DNA of 64,000 nucleotides from Myxococcota bacterium (GCA_036229005.1 JAZAMN010000052.1:426565-490564); one strand, 5' to 3'. Counted from the first letter of the stretch, positions 28,940-38,777 are shown. A program made the numbers and translations. The notes: generated from the letters alone by a model not told the origin.

Positions 28940-30387
28940 GGTCCCTGGTCCTGATCCTGGCCCTCTCCGCAGCGCCCGCCGAGGCCCGGGTTGGCGGCGG
29001 CCAGAACTACGGCGGCGGCGGCTCGCACAGCAGCTCCAGCTACTCCGGCGGGGGCAGCTCCAGCTCCAGCGACGGCGACCTGGTGGGCCTGCTGCTTTGG
29101 CTCTGCATCGAGCACCCCGCGGTCGGCATCCCGCTCACCATCGCGGTCGTCGGCTTCACGCTCTACCAGAAGAGCCGCGGCGGAGGCGGCCACGGCCCCA
29201 CCCGCACCATCCAGCGCGGCCCCCGCCGGGTCGGCCCCGACACCCAGGGCATGGCCGCCCTGCGCCAGCGCGATCCCGGCTTCTCCGAGCCCCTGTTCCT
29301 GGATCTGGTGCAGCTCCTGTTCACCCGCGTGCACGAGCTGCGCAGCACCGGCGACTACAGCAGCATCGACGCCCTGCTCACGCCCCAGGCCAAGGCCCAG
29401 CTCGAAAAGCGCCAGCCCGTCCCCACCCAGGACGTCATCGTCGGCGCGGCGCGCATCCTGAGCGTCAGCCTGCGCGAGCCCACCGCCTGGATCGTGGTGG
29501 AGTTCGAGGCCAACGTGACGGTCCAGGACAAGCCCATCTGGATCCAGGAGCGCTGGAGCTTCACCCGCCGCGCCGATGCCTTCTCGCCGCCCCCCGACCG
29601 CATGCAGGCCCTGCGCTGCCCGGCCTGCGGCGCCGCTCTGGAGACCGACCCCCAAGGCCGCTGCACCCACTGCGGCACCGGGATCAACGACGGACGCCTG
29701 CAGTGGCAGCTCATGGACCTGCAGATGGTGGGCCAGCGCCCCGCGACCGCCCCCAGCCTGTCTCTGGGCGCCGGCATGGAGGTCGGCACCGATCTGCCAA
29801 CCGTGGTCGACCCCAAGCTCCAGGCCGAGCTCCGCGCGCTGCAGGCCCGACACCCGGAGCTCGACTACCAGAAGTTCCTCGACCGGGTCCGCAAGGTCTT
29901 CCACAGCTTGCAGGAGGCCTGGAGTGAGCTGCGGTGGGAGCGCGCCCGTCCCTACCAGACCGACGCCCTCTTCCAGACCCACCGCTACTGGATCGAGAAC
30001 TATCGCCGGGCCGGCTACCGCAACCACCTGGCGGACATCAGCATCCGCAAGATCGAGCCGGTCAAGGTGGGCGTGGACGCCTACTACGAGGCCATCACCC
30101 TGCGCATCTTCGCATCCATGCGGGACTGGACCACGGACGCCCAGGGGCGCGTGATCGGCGGCTCGGACACGCAGCTCCGGCACTTCTCCGAGTACTGGAC
30201 CTTCGTGCGCATGGCCGGCGGGGACGCGAGCGCCAGCGCGGACACCGAGCACTGCCCGAGCTGCGGAGCCCCCCTCGATCGGGTCGACCTGGGCGGCGCT
30301 TGCGGGTATTGCGGGACACGCATCGTGGGCGCCGAGCACGCCTGGGTGCTCAGCAGCATCACCCAGGACGAGGCCTACCGTGGCTGA
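28936..30387 (+). CDS. Membrane protein with two TIM44-like domains, each followed by a double zinc ribbon
   Basis: Signal peptide, RVGGGQNYGGG Gly/Ser tract, TM, RDPGFS...ERWSFTR, CPACGA...CTHCG, EYWTFVR, CPSCGA...CGYCG; GTGA overlap. Confidence 0.82.
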   Translation: MRSLVLILALSAAPAEARVGGGQNYGGGGSHSSSSYSGGGSSSSSDGDLVGLLLWLCIEHPAVGIPLTIAVVGFTLYQKSRGGGGHGPTRTIQRGPRRVGPDTQGMAALRQRDPGFSEPLFLDLVQLLFTRVHELRSTGDYSSIDALLTPQAKAQLEKRQPVPTQDVIVGAARILSVSLREPTAWIVVEFEANVTVQDKPIWIQERWSFTRRADAFSPPPDRMQALRCPACGAALETDPQGRCTHCGTGINDGRLQWQLMDLQMVGQRPATAPSLSLGAGMEVGTDLPTVVDPKLQAELRALQARHPELDYQKFLDRVRKVFHSLQEAWSELRWERARPYQTDALFQTHRYWIENYRRAGYRNHLADISIRKIEPVKVGVDAYYEAITLRIFASMRDWTTDAQGRVIGGSDTQLRHFSEYWTFVRMAGGDASASADTEHCPSCGAPLDRVDLGGACGYCGTRIVGAEHAWVLSSITQDEAYRG

Positions 30388-31549
30388 AGAGCAAGACGAC
30401 AAGCGCACCGCCGGCTGGCTGCCCCTCACGCACCTGAGCTCCCGCGGGGACGCCGCCTTCAAGGAGACCCTGGAGCGCGCCCTGTCCCGCACCGGGCGCG
30501 TGGACCGCTTCACCCATGGCTTCCACACCTACCCCGCCGGCCTGCACCCCGACGCCGCCGTGGACCTGCTGGAGCTGATGCCCCCCGGCCCCATCCACGA
30601 CCCCTTCTGCGGCGGCGGCACCACCCTGGTCGAGGCCATGCTCCAGGGCCGGGACGCCAGCGGCACCGACATCTCCCCCGTCGCTGTCGCGCTGGCCCAC
30701 GGCCGCACCCGCCTGTGGTCTCCGGAGCGCATCACCGCCTTCCGCAGCGCCGCCCGGCAGATCGCCAAGACCGCGCAGCACAACCAGGACTTCCCCCCGG
30801 ACGAGATCGCCCGCCGGGTCAAGCCCTGGTACCAGCCCCACGTGGCCCAGGAGCTCGAGGGCATCCGCCAGGGTATCCAGCAGGCCCACCCGGACGTGCG
30901 CAAGGCCCTGGAGCTGGTGCTCTCCTCCATCCTGGTCAAGGTCTCCCTGCGCCGCTCGGACACCAACCCCCAGCGCGTGGAGCGCGAGCGCCCGCCCGGC
31001 ACCACCGCCATCCTCTTCCACAAGAAGGCCCGCGAGCTGGGGCGCCGCTGGGAGGCCCTGAACGAGGCCGTCCCCGAGGGCACCGCGGTCCCCCGGATCC
31101 GCCAGGGCAGCGGGCTGGAGCTGGATCCCCCCGGCCCCGTCGCCGGCCTGCTCACCTCGCCCCCCTACCCCGGCGTCTACGACTACCTGGAGTACCAGCA
31201 GCTCCGCCTCGCCTGGCTTGGCTGGGACAGCCCGGAGATCTGGCAGCAGGAGATGGGCTCGCGCCGCGCGTTCAAGAACTCCCCCCGCGAGGCCCTCTAC
31301 AACTGGAAGCAGGACATCGAGGGCTGGATGCACATGGTCGCCCGCTGGCTCCTCCCCGGTGGCCGCGCCGCCATCGTCATCGGGGATGGTCTGGTGGACA
31401 GCCGGCTGATCCCGGTCCTCAAGCCTCTGCGACAAGCCGCTGGGCAGGCCGGTCTGCGCGTGCTGGGCAGCGCCTCGGGTGGCCGCGAGGACAAGGGCGC
31501 CCACATCGTCCGCGAAGAGCACATCCTGCTGCTGGAGAAGGAGGGATGA
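30380..31549 (+). CDS. Orphan DNA amino-methyltransferase (likely N4-cytosine, alpha motif order)
   Basis: THGFHTYPA, DPFCGGGTT (motif I) before TSPPY (motif IV). Confidence 0.82.
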   Translation: MAEEQDDKRTAGWLPLTHLSSRGDAAFKETLERALSRTGRVDRFTHGFHTYPAGLHPDAAVDLLELMPPGPIHDPFCGGGTTLVEAMLQGRDASGTDISPVAVALAHGRTRLWSPERITAFRSAARQIAKTAQHNQDFPPDEIARRVKPWYQPHVAQELEGIRQGIQQAHPDVRKALELVLSSILVKVSLRRSDTNPQRVERERPPGTTAILFHKKARELGRRWEALNEAVPEGTAVPRIRQGSGLELDPPGPVAGLLTSPPYPGVYDYLEYQQLRLAWLGWDSPEIWQQEMGSRRAFKNSPREALYNWKQDIEGWMHMVARWLLPGGRAAIVIGDGLVDSRLIPVLKPLRQAAGQAGLRVLGSASGGREDKGAHIVREEHILLLEKEG

Positions 31550-31923
31550 GCGGCCGGTCAGGCCAATCCCCGGAGCCCCGTCTCTCGGAGCTCCAGGCCC
31601 AGCTCCGGGCCTTCAACCAGGCGCGGGACTGGGGCCAGTACCACAACCCCCGGAACCTCGCGATGGCCCTGTCCGTCGAGGCCGCCGAGGTCCTGGAGCT
31701 CTACCTCTGGTCCACCGACGACGGCCCCCAGCCCCCCGTGGCCTCCCGCGAGGGAAAGGTCCCCGATGAGCTCGCCGACGTGCTGATCTGCCTGCTGAAC
31801 CTCGCCGAGCACGCCCAGGTGGACCTGGCCCAGGCCTTCACCGACAAGCTGGCCCGAAACGCCGAGAAGTACCCGGTGGAGCGCACCCGCGGCCGCATGG
31901 AGAAGTACTCGGAGTACGAGTGA
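31546..31923 (+). CDS. MazG-like nucleotide pyrophosphohydrolase (dCTP pyrophosphatase-like)
   Basis: RDWGQYHNPRNLAMALSVEAAEVLE, DELADV, KLARNAEKYP; ATGA overlap. Confidence 0.9.
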   Translation: MSGRSGQSPEPRLSELQAQLRAFNQARDWGQYHNPRNLAMALSVEAAEVLELYLWSTDDGPQPPVASREGKVPDELADVLICLLNLAEHAQVDLAQAFTDKLARNAEKYPVERTRGRMEKYSEYE

Positions 31924-33545
31924 GCCGCGCCCGACTGGCCGCCGCCGTCTTCTGGGCGGGCCTGTTGGTCTCCATCGCCGTCGCCTTCGGTCCCATCTGG
32001 CTCGCGCCCACCCAGCTCGCTCTGGGCAGCCCCCACGCCGAGGGCGCCGCGCACCTCTTCGGCCTCTGGGCCGGCCTGGACGGCGGCGACCTCTTCCTGC
32101 GCCAGAGCGAGCTCGCCAACTTCCCGGCGGGCATGAAGCAGGACCTGGCCGACCCGCTGCACGCGCTCTTCATGGCCCCCGCGCTGATCTGGGGCCTCCC
32201 CGGCGCGACCCTCGGCTGGAATCTGTTGGCCCTCTGCACGCTCGTGCTGGCAGGCGTCGGCGGCTGGCGCCTGGGGCGGCAGCTCTTCCCGCAGACCCCC
32301 GAGGCCGCCACCATCCTTGGCCTTTCTCTGGCGTGTAGCCCTGTGCTGCAGGGGGTCGCGCTGTCCTCCGGCCGCACCGAGTATTGGGCCTGGGCGTGGA
32401 TGGCCCTGCCCCTGAGCCTGTGCCTGAGCGCCCTGCGAAAGCCCACACCGCCGCACCTCGCGCTGGCCACGGTGTCCATGCTCCCGCTCGCGTGGTCGGG
32501 GTGGCAGGCGTTGATCCTGGGTCTCTTGGTGCTGGGACCCGCGCTCCTCCTCCTCTCCCGGGGCCTGGACCGCCGCTGGCTGCTGCTCTTTGGAGGGGTG
32601 GGTGCCTTGGCCTCCGGGGCTCTGTTGGCCCACCACTTGAGCGCCACGGACCCCTGGTGGATCTCGAGACTCGATCCCGCCGGCGAGGTGCGACCGCCCA
32701 GTCACCTCTCGGAGCTGCTTCCCTTCACGGCGAGCCACTACATGGGCGACCGCCTGATGCTGCCGGGCCTGGCCCTCACCGCCGCAGCGATGGTCGGTGC
32801 GCGCTGGGCCCCCCGTGGCTGGACGGCGCTCGCGCTGAGCGGCCTGCTGCTGATGTTCGGGCCCACGCTGGCCCTGGGGGACACGCAGCTCCCGGGCCCC
32901 ACGCGCCTGGTGGACTGGCTGCCGCTGCTGGGGGGCGTTTCAGCGTGGCCTCGCTTGGGCCTGATGGTGGCGACCCCGCTCGCGGTCCTGGCGGCCTGGG
33001 CGGTGCACCACGGGGTGGAGCGGGCCGGCAAGTGGGTCCTCCTCCTGGCCCCCGTGCTGGTCGCTGAAGGCGCGCTGTTCCGCCCCGAGCTGCCCACGGC
33101 CTGGTACACCCACTCCCTGGACCCCGCGCTGGAGGAGGCGCTGGCCGAGGCGCCGCCGGGCCCCATCCTGGAGCTCCCGAACGCCCCCATCGGGTTGCCC
33201 CTGGAGGCCGAGGCGCTGAGGGACCACGACCTGCTCCAGACCCGGGCTCACGGTCGACCCAGCTCGCGCATCTCGTCTCCGGACACCCCCGCGGCCATCG
33301 CCCACTACGGGCTGCTCCAGGCGCTGGAGGAGGGCTCGCACCTGGCTCAGGTGGACTGCCGGCCGGACCCTGGACCGGTGGACGCCGGCTTCTCGCTGCT
33401 GCTGCTCCACCGCGACCACATGCTGCCCGGGCGCGCGGGGCACGTGGAGCGCATCCTGATCGCCCAGTGGGGCCCCCCGATCGCCGAAGGACCGGCCTGG
33501 GCGCTGTTCAGGCTCCAGCTCGGGGTGGGCGACGGCCACTGCTGA
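31920..33545 (+). CDS. Polytopic membrane protein (YfhO/GT-C-like)
   Basis: Many TMs, ANFPAG loop, periplasmic C-terminal domain (GPILELP...QTRAHGRP). Confidence 0.55.
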   Translation: MSRARLAAAVFWAGLLVSIAVAFGPIWLAPTQLALGSPHAEGAAHLFGLWAGLDGGDLFLRQSELANFPAGMKQDLADPLHALFMAPALIWGLPGATLGWNLLALCTLVLAGVGGWRLGRQLFPQTPEAATILGLSLACSPVLQGVALSSGRTEYWAWAWMALPLSLCLSALRKPTPPHLALATVSMLPLAWSGWQALILGLLVLGPALLLLSRGLDRRWLLLFGGVGALASGALLAHHLSATDPWWISRLDPAGEVRPPSHLSELLPFTASHYMGDRLMLPGLALTAAAMVGARWAPRGWTALALSGLLLMFGPTLALGDTQLPGPTRLVDWLPLLGGVSAWPRLGLMVATPLAVLAAWAVHHGVERAGKWVLLLAPVLVAEGALFRPELPTAWYTHSLDPALEEALAEAPPGPILELPNAPIGLPLEAEALRDHDLLQTRAHGRPSSRISSPDTPAAIAHYGLLQALEEGSHLAQVDCRPDPGPVDAGFSLLLLHRDHMLPGRAGHVERILIAQWGPPIAEGPAWALFRLQLGVGDGHC

Positions 33546-33566
33546 CCTGCGCTCACCCCAGGGGAC

Positions 33567-33950
33567 TCAGTTGATGCTGGCCGGGTCGACCAGCAGGAAG
33601 GGTGCGATCTCCGCGTTGAAGCGGCTGCCGTCGTCTCGCTGCATCACGTAGTGCCCCTCCATCTTGCCCATCGAGGTCGTCAGGGGGCAGAAGCTCGTGT
33701 AGACGTGGCTCTGGCCGGGCTCCAGGCGGGGCTTCTCACCGATGACGCCGGGCCCCTCGACCTCCTGGACTTCGCCCATGCCGTCCTGGATCCGCCAGTA
33801 GCGCGAGATGAGCTGGGCGGGCTGCTCGCCATCGTTCCGGATCTCGACCCGGTACACGAAGAGCCAGCGGCGGGCCTGGGGTTGGCTGCGAGCGGCGACA
33901 TAGGCGCTCTGGACCTCGACGTGGATGCCTTGGGTGGTGGCCTGGGACAA
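33567..33950 (-). CDS. apaG: ApaG protein
   Basis: AQLISRYWRI, VEGPGVIGEKP, YTSFCPLTT...MEGHY; TTG start after GGAG gives 127 aa. Confidence 0.93.
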   Translation of the reverse strand: MSQATTQGIHVEVQSAYVAARSQPQARRWLFVYRVEIRNDGEQPAQLISRYWRIQDGMGEVQEVEGPGVIGEKPRLEPGQSHVYTSFCPLTTSMGKMEGHYVMQRDDGSRFNAEIAPFLLVDPASIN

Positions 33951-34031
33951 GGGCTGCTCCGGGGACAGAGGGGGCGCTCCGCGCTCTCGTCTGTGGTCCT
34001 CTATTGCTACCATCGCCGCGTGTCAGACCGC

Positions 34032-35666
34032 ATGCCCATCTTCCATTCGCCGAGCATCCCCGCCGTCGCCGACGCCCTGGTCGCCAGAGCCGAGCGGCGC
34101 TTTGACGGGATGTCCCCTGCCCAACTGTCCGAGCTGCTGGCCGACACGGTCTACAAGGAGCGCCTGCGCTTCGAAGAGGACCCGCCGCCCCCCGAGGAGC
34201 TCGCCGAGATCGACGCCGCGGCGCGTGCGGTCGCAGACGGCTCCAGGCCCGCCCTGCTGGCGGCTCTGAGACGCCTTGTCCGGGGCTACGGCGAGGAGAT
34301 CCACAACCCCTTCTCCACCCGGGCCTACAAGGTCGCGACCAAGGTGTTGCCCCGCGCCCTGACCAACCTGGTCTCGGCCACGGATCCGCGGCGCGTGTTC
34401 CTGCGCGACGTGGACCCCAGCGACAAGATCCACATCCACGGCCCCGTGGAGCTGATCAAGCGCCTCTCCGAGAAGGGCACGGTCATCCTGGCGCCCACCC
34501 ACCTGTCCAACCTGGACAGCCCGCTGATCGGCTACGCGCTCTACCAGCTCGGCCTGCCGCCTTTCGCCTACGGCGCCGGCCTGAACCTCTTCTCGAACCC
34601 CATGATGGCCTTCTGGATGAGCCGCCTGGGGGCCTACACCGTGGACCGCCGCAAGCAGGGCCTGCTCTACAAGGACACCCTCAAGGACTACTCGGTGGAG
34701 ATCCTCCGCCAGCGGCACCACAGCCTCTTCTTCCCGGGCGGCACCCGCAGCCGCTCCGGCATGGTCGAGAAGAGCCTCAAGAAGGGCCTGCTGGGCACCG
34801 GACTCCAGGCCTGGCTGGAGAACATCAACGAGCGGCGCGGCGCCGACGGCGACGTATTCGTGGTGCCCCTGACCCTCTCCACCTCGCTGGTCCTGGAGGC
34901 CGAGACCCTCATCCGGGACTCTCTGGCCCGCGAAGGAAAGCAGCGCTACATCATCGTCGACGACGAGTTCTCCCAGCCCCGCACAGTGGCCGGCTTCCTC
35001 CGCCGCATCCTGGCCCTGGACGAGGGCGTGCACGTCACCTTCGGCGCGCCCATGGACCCGCTGGGCAACCCCGTGGACGAGCTGGGCCGCAGCCTGGACC
35101 CCATGGGCAAGCCCGTGGACCGCCGCCGCTACGTCACCGACGCCGCCGGCAAGGTCGAGTGGGACGAGCAGCGGGACCGCCAGTACACCGACCGCCTCAG
35201 CCGCGCCCTGGTCAAGGCCTACCACCGCGACAACGTGGTGCTCTCCACCCACCTGGCCGCGATGGCCGCCTGGCGCGTGTTCGAGAAGGCCCACGGGGGC
35301 ATGGACACCTGGCGCCTGGTCCGCATCGAGGCTGGGGGTCGCCGCCTGAACAAGCCCGACGTGCAGGAGGAGATCGCAGCCATCCGGCAACATCTCCTAC
35401 CGCTCCAACAGCAGGGCCTCATCCGCCTCGCAGTCCCCGATGATGACGGCGAGGTCCTGCGTGTTGCGCTCCAGCGCTTCGCCGCCTTCCACACCCGACC
35501 CGCGCTCCGCAAGCTGGGGGCCACCCTGGTGATCGACCCCGAGCTGCTGCTCTTCTACCGCAACCGCCTGGTGGGCTACGGCCTGGACCAGGAGGACACC
35601 CACGCCGCCCGGGGGCCCAAGCCACCCGGACCACCCGGCCTGCCCTCCGAGGGGGTGCTCGCATGA
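34032..35666 (+). CDS. Glycerol-3-phosphate acyltransferase (PlsB-like)
   Basis: PTHLSNLD (HxxxxD), LGAYTVDRR, FFPGGTRSRSG. Confidence 0.85.
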   Translation: MPIFHSPSIPAVADALVARAERRFDGMSPAQLSELLADTVYKERLRFEEDPPPPEELAEIDAAARAVADGSRPALLAALRRLVRGYGEEIHNPFSTRAYKVATKVLPRALTNLVSATDPRRVFLRDVDPSDKIHIHGPVELIKRLSEKGTVILAPTHLSNLDSPLIGYALYQLGLPPFAYGAGLNLFSNPMMAFWMSRLGAYTVDRRKQGLLYKDTLKDYSVEILRQRHHSLFFPGGTRSRSGMVEKSLKKGLLGTGLQAWLENINERRGADGDVFVVPLTLSTSLVLEAETLIRDSLAREGKQRYIIVDDEFSQPRTVAGFLRRILALDEGVHVTFGAPMDPLGNPVDELGRSLDPMGKPVDRRRYVTDAAGKVEWDEQRDRQYTDRLSRALVKAYHRDNVVLSTHLAAMAAWRVFEKAHGGMDTWRLVRIEAGGRRLNKPDVQEEIAAIRQHLLPLQQQGLIRLAVPDDDGEVLRVALQRFAAFHTRPALRKLGATLVIDPELLLFYRNRLVGYGLDQEDTHAARGPKPPGPPGLPSEGVLA

Positions 35667-36568
35667 AGGTCGGCATCATCGGAATGGGCGCCTGGGGACA
35701 GGCCATCGCGACCCTGGCAAAGAGCGCCGAGAACGACATCCTGCTGGGCTACATGGGCCCGCGGCCGCGCCGCAAGCTCCCCTTGACCAAGGACCTCGCC
35801 GAGGTCGCCGCGCACGCCGAGCTGCTGCTCATGGCGGTCCCCGCGTGGGAGGTCCGGGACGCCGTGAGCGCGCTCCAGATGGGGCCCCAGCACCGGGTCA
35901 TCTTCTGCACGCGGGGACCGGACCCCGAGACCGGCCGCTGGCTGACCCACCTGCTCCCCCAGATCTCCCCCTGCCTGCGGGTGGGCATCCTGGGCGGCCC
36001 GCTGATCGCCCCCGAGGTGCTCAAGGGTGTCCCCACCGCCGCCATCGTGGCCAGCCGCTACGACGAGGTGAACCGCCTGGGCCAGGCGGCCCTCCACAGC
36101 GCCCAGTGCCGCGTCTACACCGGTGACGATCCCGAGGCCGTGGAGCTCGCCGGCGCGATGGCGCAGGTGCTGGCGACCGCCGTGGGTATCACCGACCAGC
36201 TCAACGCCGGCTCCGGCCTGCGGGGCGTGGTGGTCAGCCGCGGCCTGGCCGAGATGCGCCGCCTGGCCATCGCCGTGAACGTGGACCCCACCATCTTCGG
36301 CGGGCTCTCCGGCATCGGCGATCTGGTCTCCGCGATCTCCCTGTCCGACAGCGCGGCCTACAGCGTGGGCAAGGACCTGGGCGGCGCCCGCGACCACACC
36401 GACTCCGAGGCCATCCAGACCGCCGGGACTGCCCTGGCCTTGGCCGCGCGCCTGGGCGTGGAGCTGCCCCTGACTCAGATGGTCTACGGCATCGCCCACG
36501 GCAAGCTCAGCGTCGAGGACGCCGTGGCTGCGCTGATGGGCCGCTCCCGGAAGCGCGGCGAGGGCTGA
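35663..36568 (+). CDS. NAD(P)H-dependent glycerol-3-phosphate dehydrogenase-like protein with degenerate catalytic motifs
   Basis: GMGAWG, GLAEMRRL, GLSGIGDL; the usual GALKN and SRN motifs are replaced. Confidence 0.8.
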   Translation: MKVGIIGMGAWGQAIATLAKSAENDILLGYMGPRPRRKLPLTKDLAEVAAHAELLLMAVPAWEVRDAVSALQMGPQHRVIFCTRGPDPETGRWLTHLLPQISPCLRVGILGGPLIAPEVLKGVPTAAIVASRYDEVNRLGQAALHSAQCRVYTGDDPEAVELAGAMAQVLATAVGITDQLNAGSGLRGVVVSRGLAEMRRLAIAVNVDPTIFGGLSGIGDLVSAISLSDSAAYSVGKDLGGARDHTDSEAIQTAGTALALAARLGVELPLTQMVYGIAHGKLSVEDAVAALMGRSRKRGEG

Positions 36569-37705
36569 GTGCGGTGGTCTCACGCGCGTGACCCCGAGCG
36601 CCTGGCCCGCGTCCAGCTCCTGGATCCGGCGGGCAAGCTCTCAGTGCAATGGACCGCGGAGAGCGGCCGCGCCCGCAAGAAGACCATCAACAAGCTCAAG
36701 ACCGCAATGCCCCTGCCCAACGCGTGGTCGGGGGCCCTCAAGCTGCTGTTCTCAGAGGGCTTCCTGGTCCGCGACCCCCAGGACGGTCCGGTCCAGTGGA
36801 TGACCGTCACGCGGGAGCCCTTCCCCCAGGGCCAGCCCTTCGCAGTCGCCCCCTCAGGGGATGCGGTCTGGGTCGCGGACACGGGCTTTGTGCGGCGGAT
36901 CGAGCGAGGCACCGCACATCTCACGAGCCACGCGTTGGGGCCCGGAGCCACCCCCCGGCTGTTGGCCTTCGATGCCCAAGGGCGGACCCACGCCTTGGTT
37001 GACCTCGATGGTGCCGACCAGCCCAATGGCGACTCCCCTTGGCGAGCCCCGAGCCAAGGCGGGTCCCAGGTCGCGGTGGTGAGGATCGATCCCCAAGGCG
37101 CCCACCAGCCCCTCCTCTCCCACCCCTGGAGTCGCGGGATCGGGCGCTGCCTGGCGTTCACCCGAGACGGTCGCCTGCTCGCCCCCCACCCCGAAGGCGC
37201 GGCCCTCTACGACCCCGACGGCCAGCTCCTGCGCACTCTGCCCGCGCAGCCCTGCGCCCACTACGCCCCCAAGGCCGCCATCAGCCCCAGCGGGGAGCAC
37301 CTGGTCTACCTGGGGAGCGAGGGGACCTTGGTGCTCGACAGCGGTGGGTCCACCACCCGGAGCCCCGGCCCCGTCCAGCAGGTCTTCGAGCTGCAAGTCA
37401 CCGACGAGGGCACCGTCATGCTGCGCGGACTCGCCGAGCACTGGGGGCTGTTCCGCTGGCGGCCCGGTGGCGCGCTGGAGCCCCTGAGCCGCCTGGTCTG
37501 GGGCTTGCCCTTGGGCGAGACCATCTACGCGCTGGAGCGAGACCAGCTCCTGCGCCACCCGCTGGGCGAGCCCAAGGTCCACGGAGCCCCCATGCACCCG
37601 ATCGGCATGGTCCGCCGCGGCCGCCTGCTCCCCTTCCCCGACGGCAAGCTGGCCTTCCGCACAGACACCCACACCGTCGGCGAGCTCGACCCCGACCGGG
37701 CCTGA
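36569..37705 (+). CDS. Hypothetical protein, probable beta-propeller
   Basis: FAVAPSG, LAFDAQG, LAFTRDG, AAISPSG blade-like motifs. Confidence 0.55.
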   Translation: MRWSHARDPERLARVQLLDPAGKLSVQWTAESGRARKKTINKLKTAMPLPNAWSGALKLLFSEGFLVRDPQDGPVQWMTVTREPFPQGQPFAVAPSGDAVWVADTGFVRRIERGTAHLTSHALGPGATPRLLAFDAQGRTHALVDLDGADQPNGDSPWRAPSQGGSQVAVVRIDPQGAHQPLLSHPWSRGIGRCLAFTRDGRLLAPHPEGAALYDPDGQLLRTLPAQPCAHYAPKAAISPSGEHLVYLGSEGTLVLDSGGSTTRSPGPVQQVFELQVTDEGTVMLRGLAEHWGLFRWRPGGALEPLSRLVWGLPLGETIYALERDQLLRHPLGEPKVHGAPMHPIGMVRRGRLLPFPDGKLAFRTDTHTVGELDPDRA

Positions 37706-37712
37706 GCTTCCG

Positions 37713-38777
37713 CTACCAGACGCCCCGCCGCCCCGGCCAGCTCCAGACCACCCCCAGGTGCACGAGCTGCTCGCTCTGGGTGGGCAGCACCAGCACCTGC
37801 ACCGCGCTCCGCCCCAGCAGGCCCACGCGCAGCTCAGCGGAGGGCGCGATGGTCATGGGCCCGGGGCGGGTCCAGCCGTCCTGACCGAGCTCCGTGGAGA
37901 GCACGGCGAAGCCTCCGCCCACCTCGATGGTGGTGCTCAGGCTCCCCGCCCCGATGCGGAAGCGGTAGGCGGCGCTGCCCCGCGCGCTGAGCCAGGTGGA
38001 CTCGCCGCTGCGGAGGGCGCGCCAGCGGCGATCCAGGCCCGCGTAGGCCCCGAGCTGGAGCACCAGGTGGTCCCGCAGATCGCCTTGCAGGTGGGCGCCA
38101 AGGCTGGGCGCCCCGGTGGTGGACAGGGGCAGCCACACTTCGACCTGCGCGCCGTAACTGCCGCCCAGCGCGCGGGAGTCGGGGGCGTCCAGCATGAGCT
38201 GGAGGGTGTTCGCGGGCGTCGCGAAGGAAAGGCCCTCTCCGGCCAGCTTGCGGGAGGCGATGCCCACGACCTCGCCCTCGGCGTTGACCAGGGGGCCCCC
38301 GCTGTTCCCGGGGTTCAAGGCTGCATCCACCTGGATCCAGCTCCCCGATCGGTTGCTCACCACGCCCTGGGACGCGCTCCAGAGCAGCACTCCAGCGAGC
38401 TGGGGGCTCCGGCGGGTCTCGCTGCCGCGGGGGTGTCCCAGCGCCCAGACTGGCTCCCCGAGCGCAGGCGGCGCGTCAGCGAGTTCCAGGTGGGGGGCGC
38501 CCTGCAGACCGGCGACCTCGACGAGGGCGAGATCGCTGGGCAGGTCCCGAGCCACCACCTGACCCCGGAGGTGGGCCCCATCGCGGGTCTGCACCCGGAC
38601 CTGTCTCCCCGCCGTCACACAATGCGCCGCGGTCGCCACGGTGCCGGCGTCATCGACCAGCACACCCGCGCACAGCGAGGGCCCGGCCTCGAGCAGCACC
38701 ACAGCGTCCAGCCAGCCGTCCACTGGCGCGTTGGGTTCAGCCCCCAGAGCGGGGATCGTCACAAGCAGGGTCCACAC
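37713..38777 (-). CDS. Trypsin-like serine protease (S1C-like, no PDZ) with beta-rich C-terminal domain
   Basis: TAAHCV, DLAL, LNPGNSGGP catalytic triad. Confidence 0.85.
   Translation of the reverse strand: MWTLLVTIPALGAEPNAPVDGWLDAVVLLEAGPSLCAGVLVDDAGTVATAAHCVTAGRQVRVQTRDGAHLRGQVVARDLPSDLALVEVAGLQGAPHLELADAPPALGEPVWALGHPRGSETRRSPQLAGVLLWSASQGVVSNRSGSWIQVDAALNPGNSGGPLVNAEGEVVGIASRKLAGEGLSFATPANTLQLMLDAPDSRALGGSYGAQVEVWLPLSTTGAPSLGAHLQGDLRDHLVLQLGAYAGLDRRWRALRSGESTWLSARGSAAYRFRIGAGSLSTTIEVGGGFAVLSTELGQDGWTRPGPMTIAPSAELRVGLLGRSAVQVLVLPTQSEQLVHLGVVWSWPGRRGVW

Noticed and set aside
30380..33545. Complete restriction-modification or known defence system
   Set aside because: No nuclease, helicase or specificity subunit is recognisable; the flanking genes encode membrane proteins.
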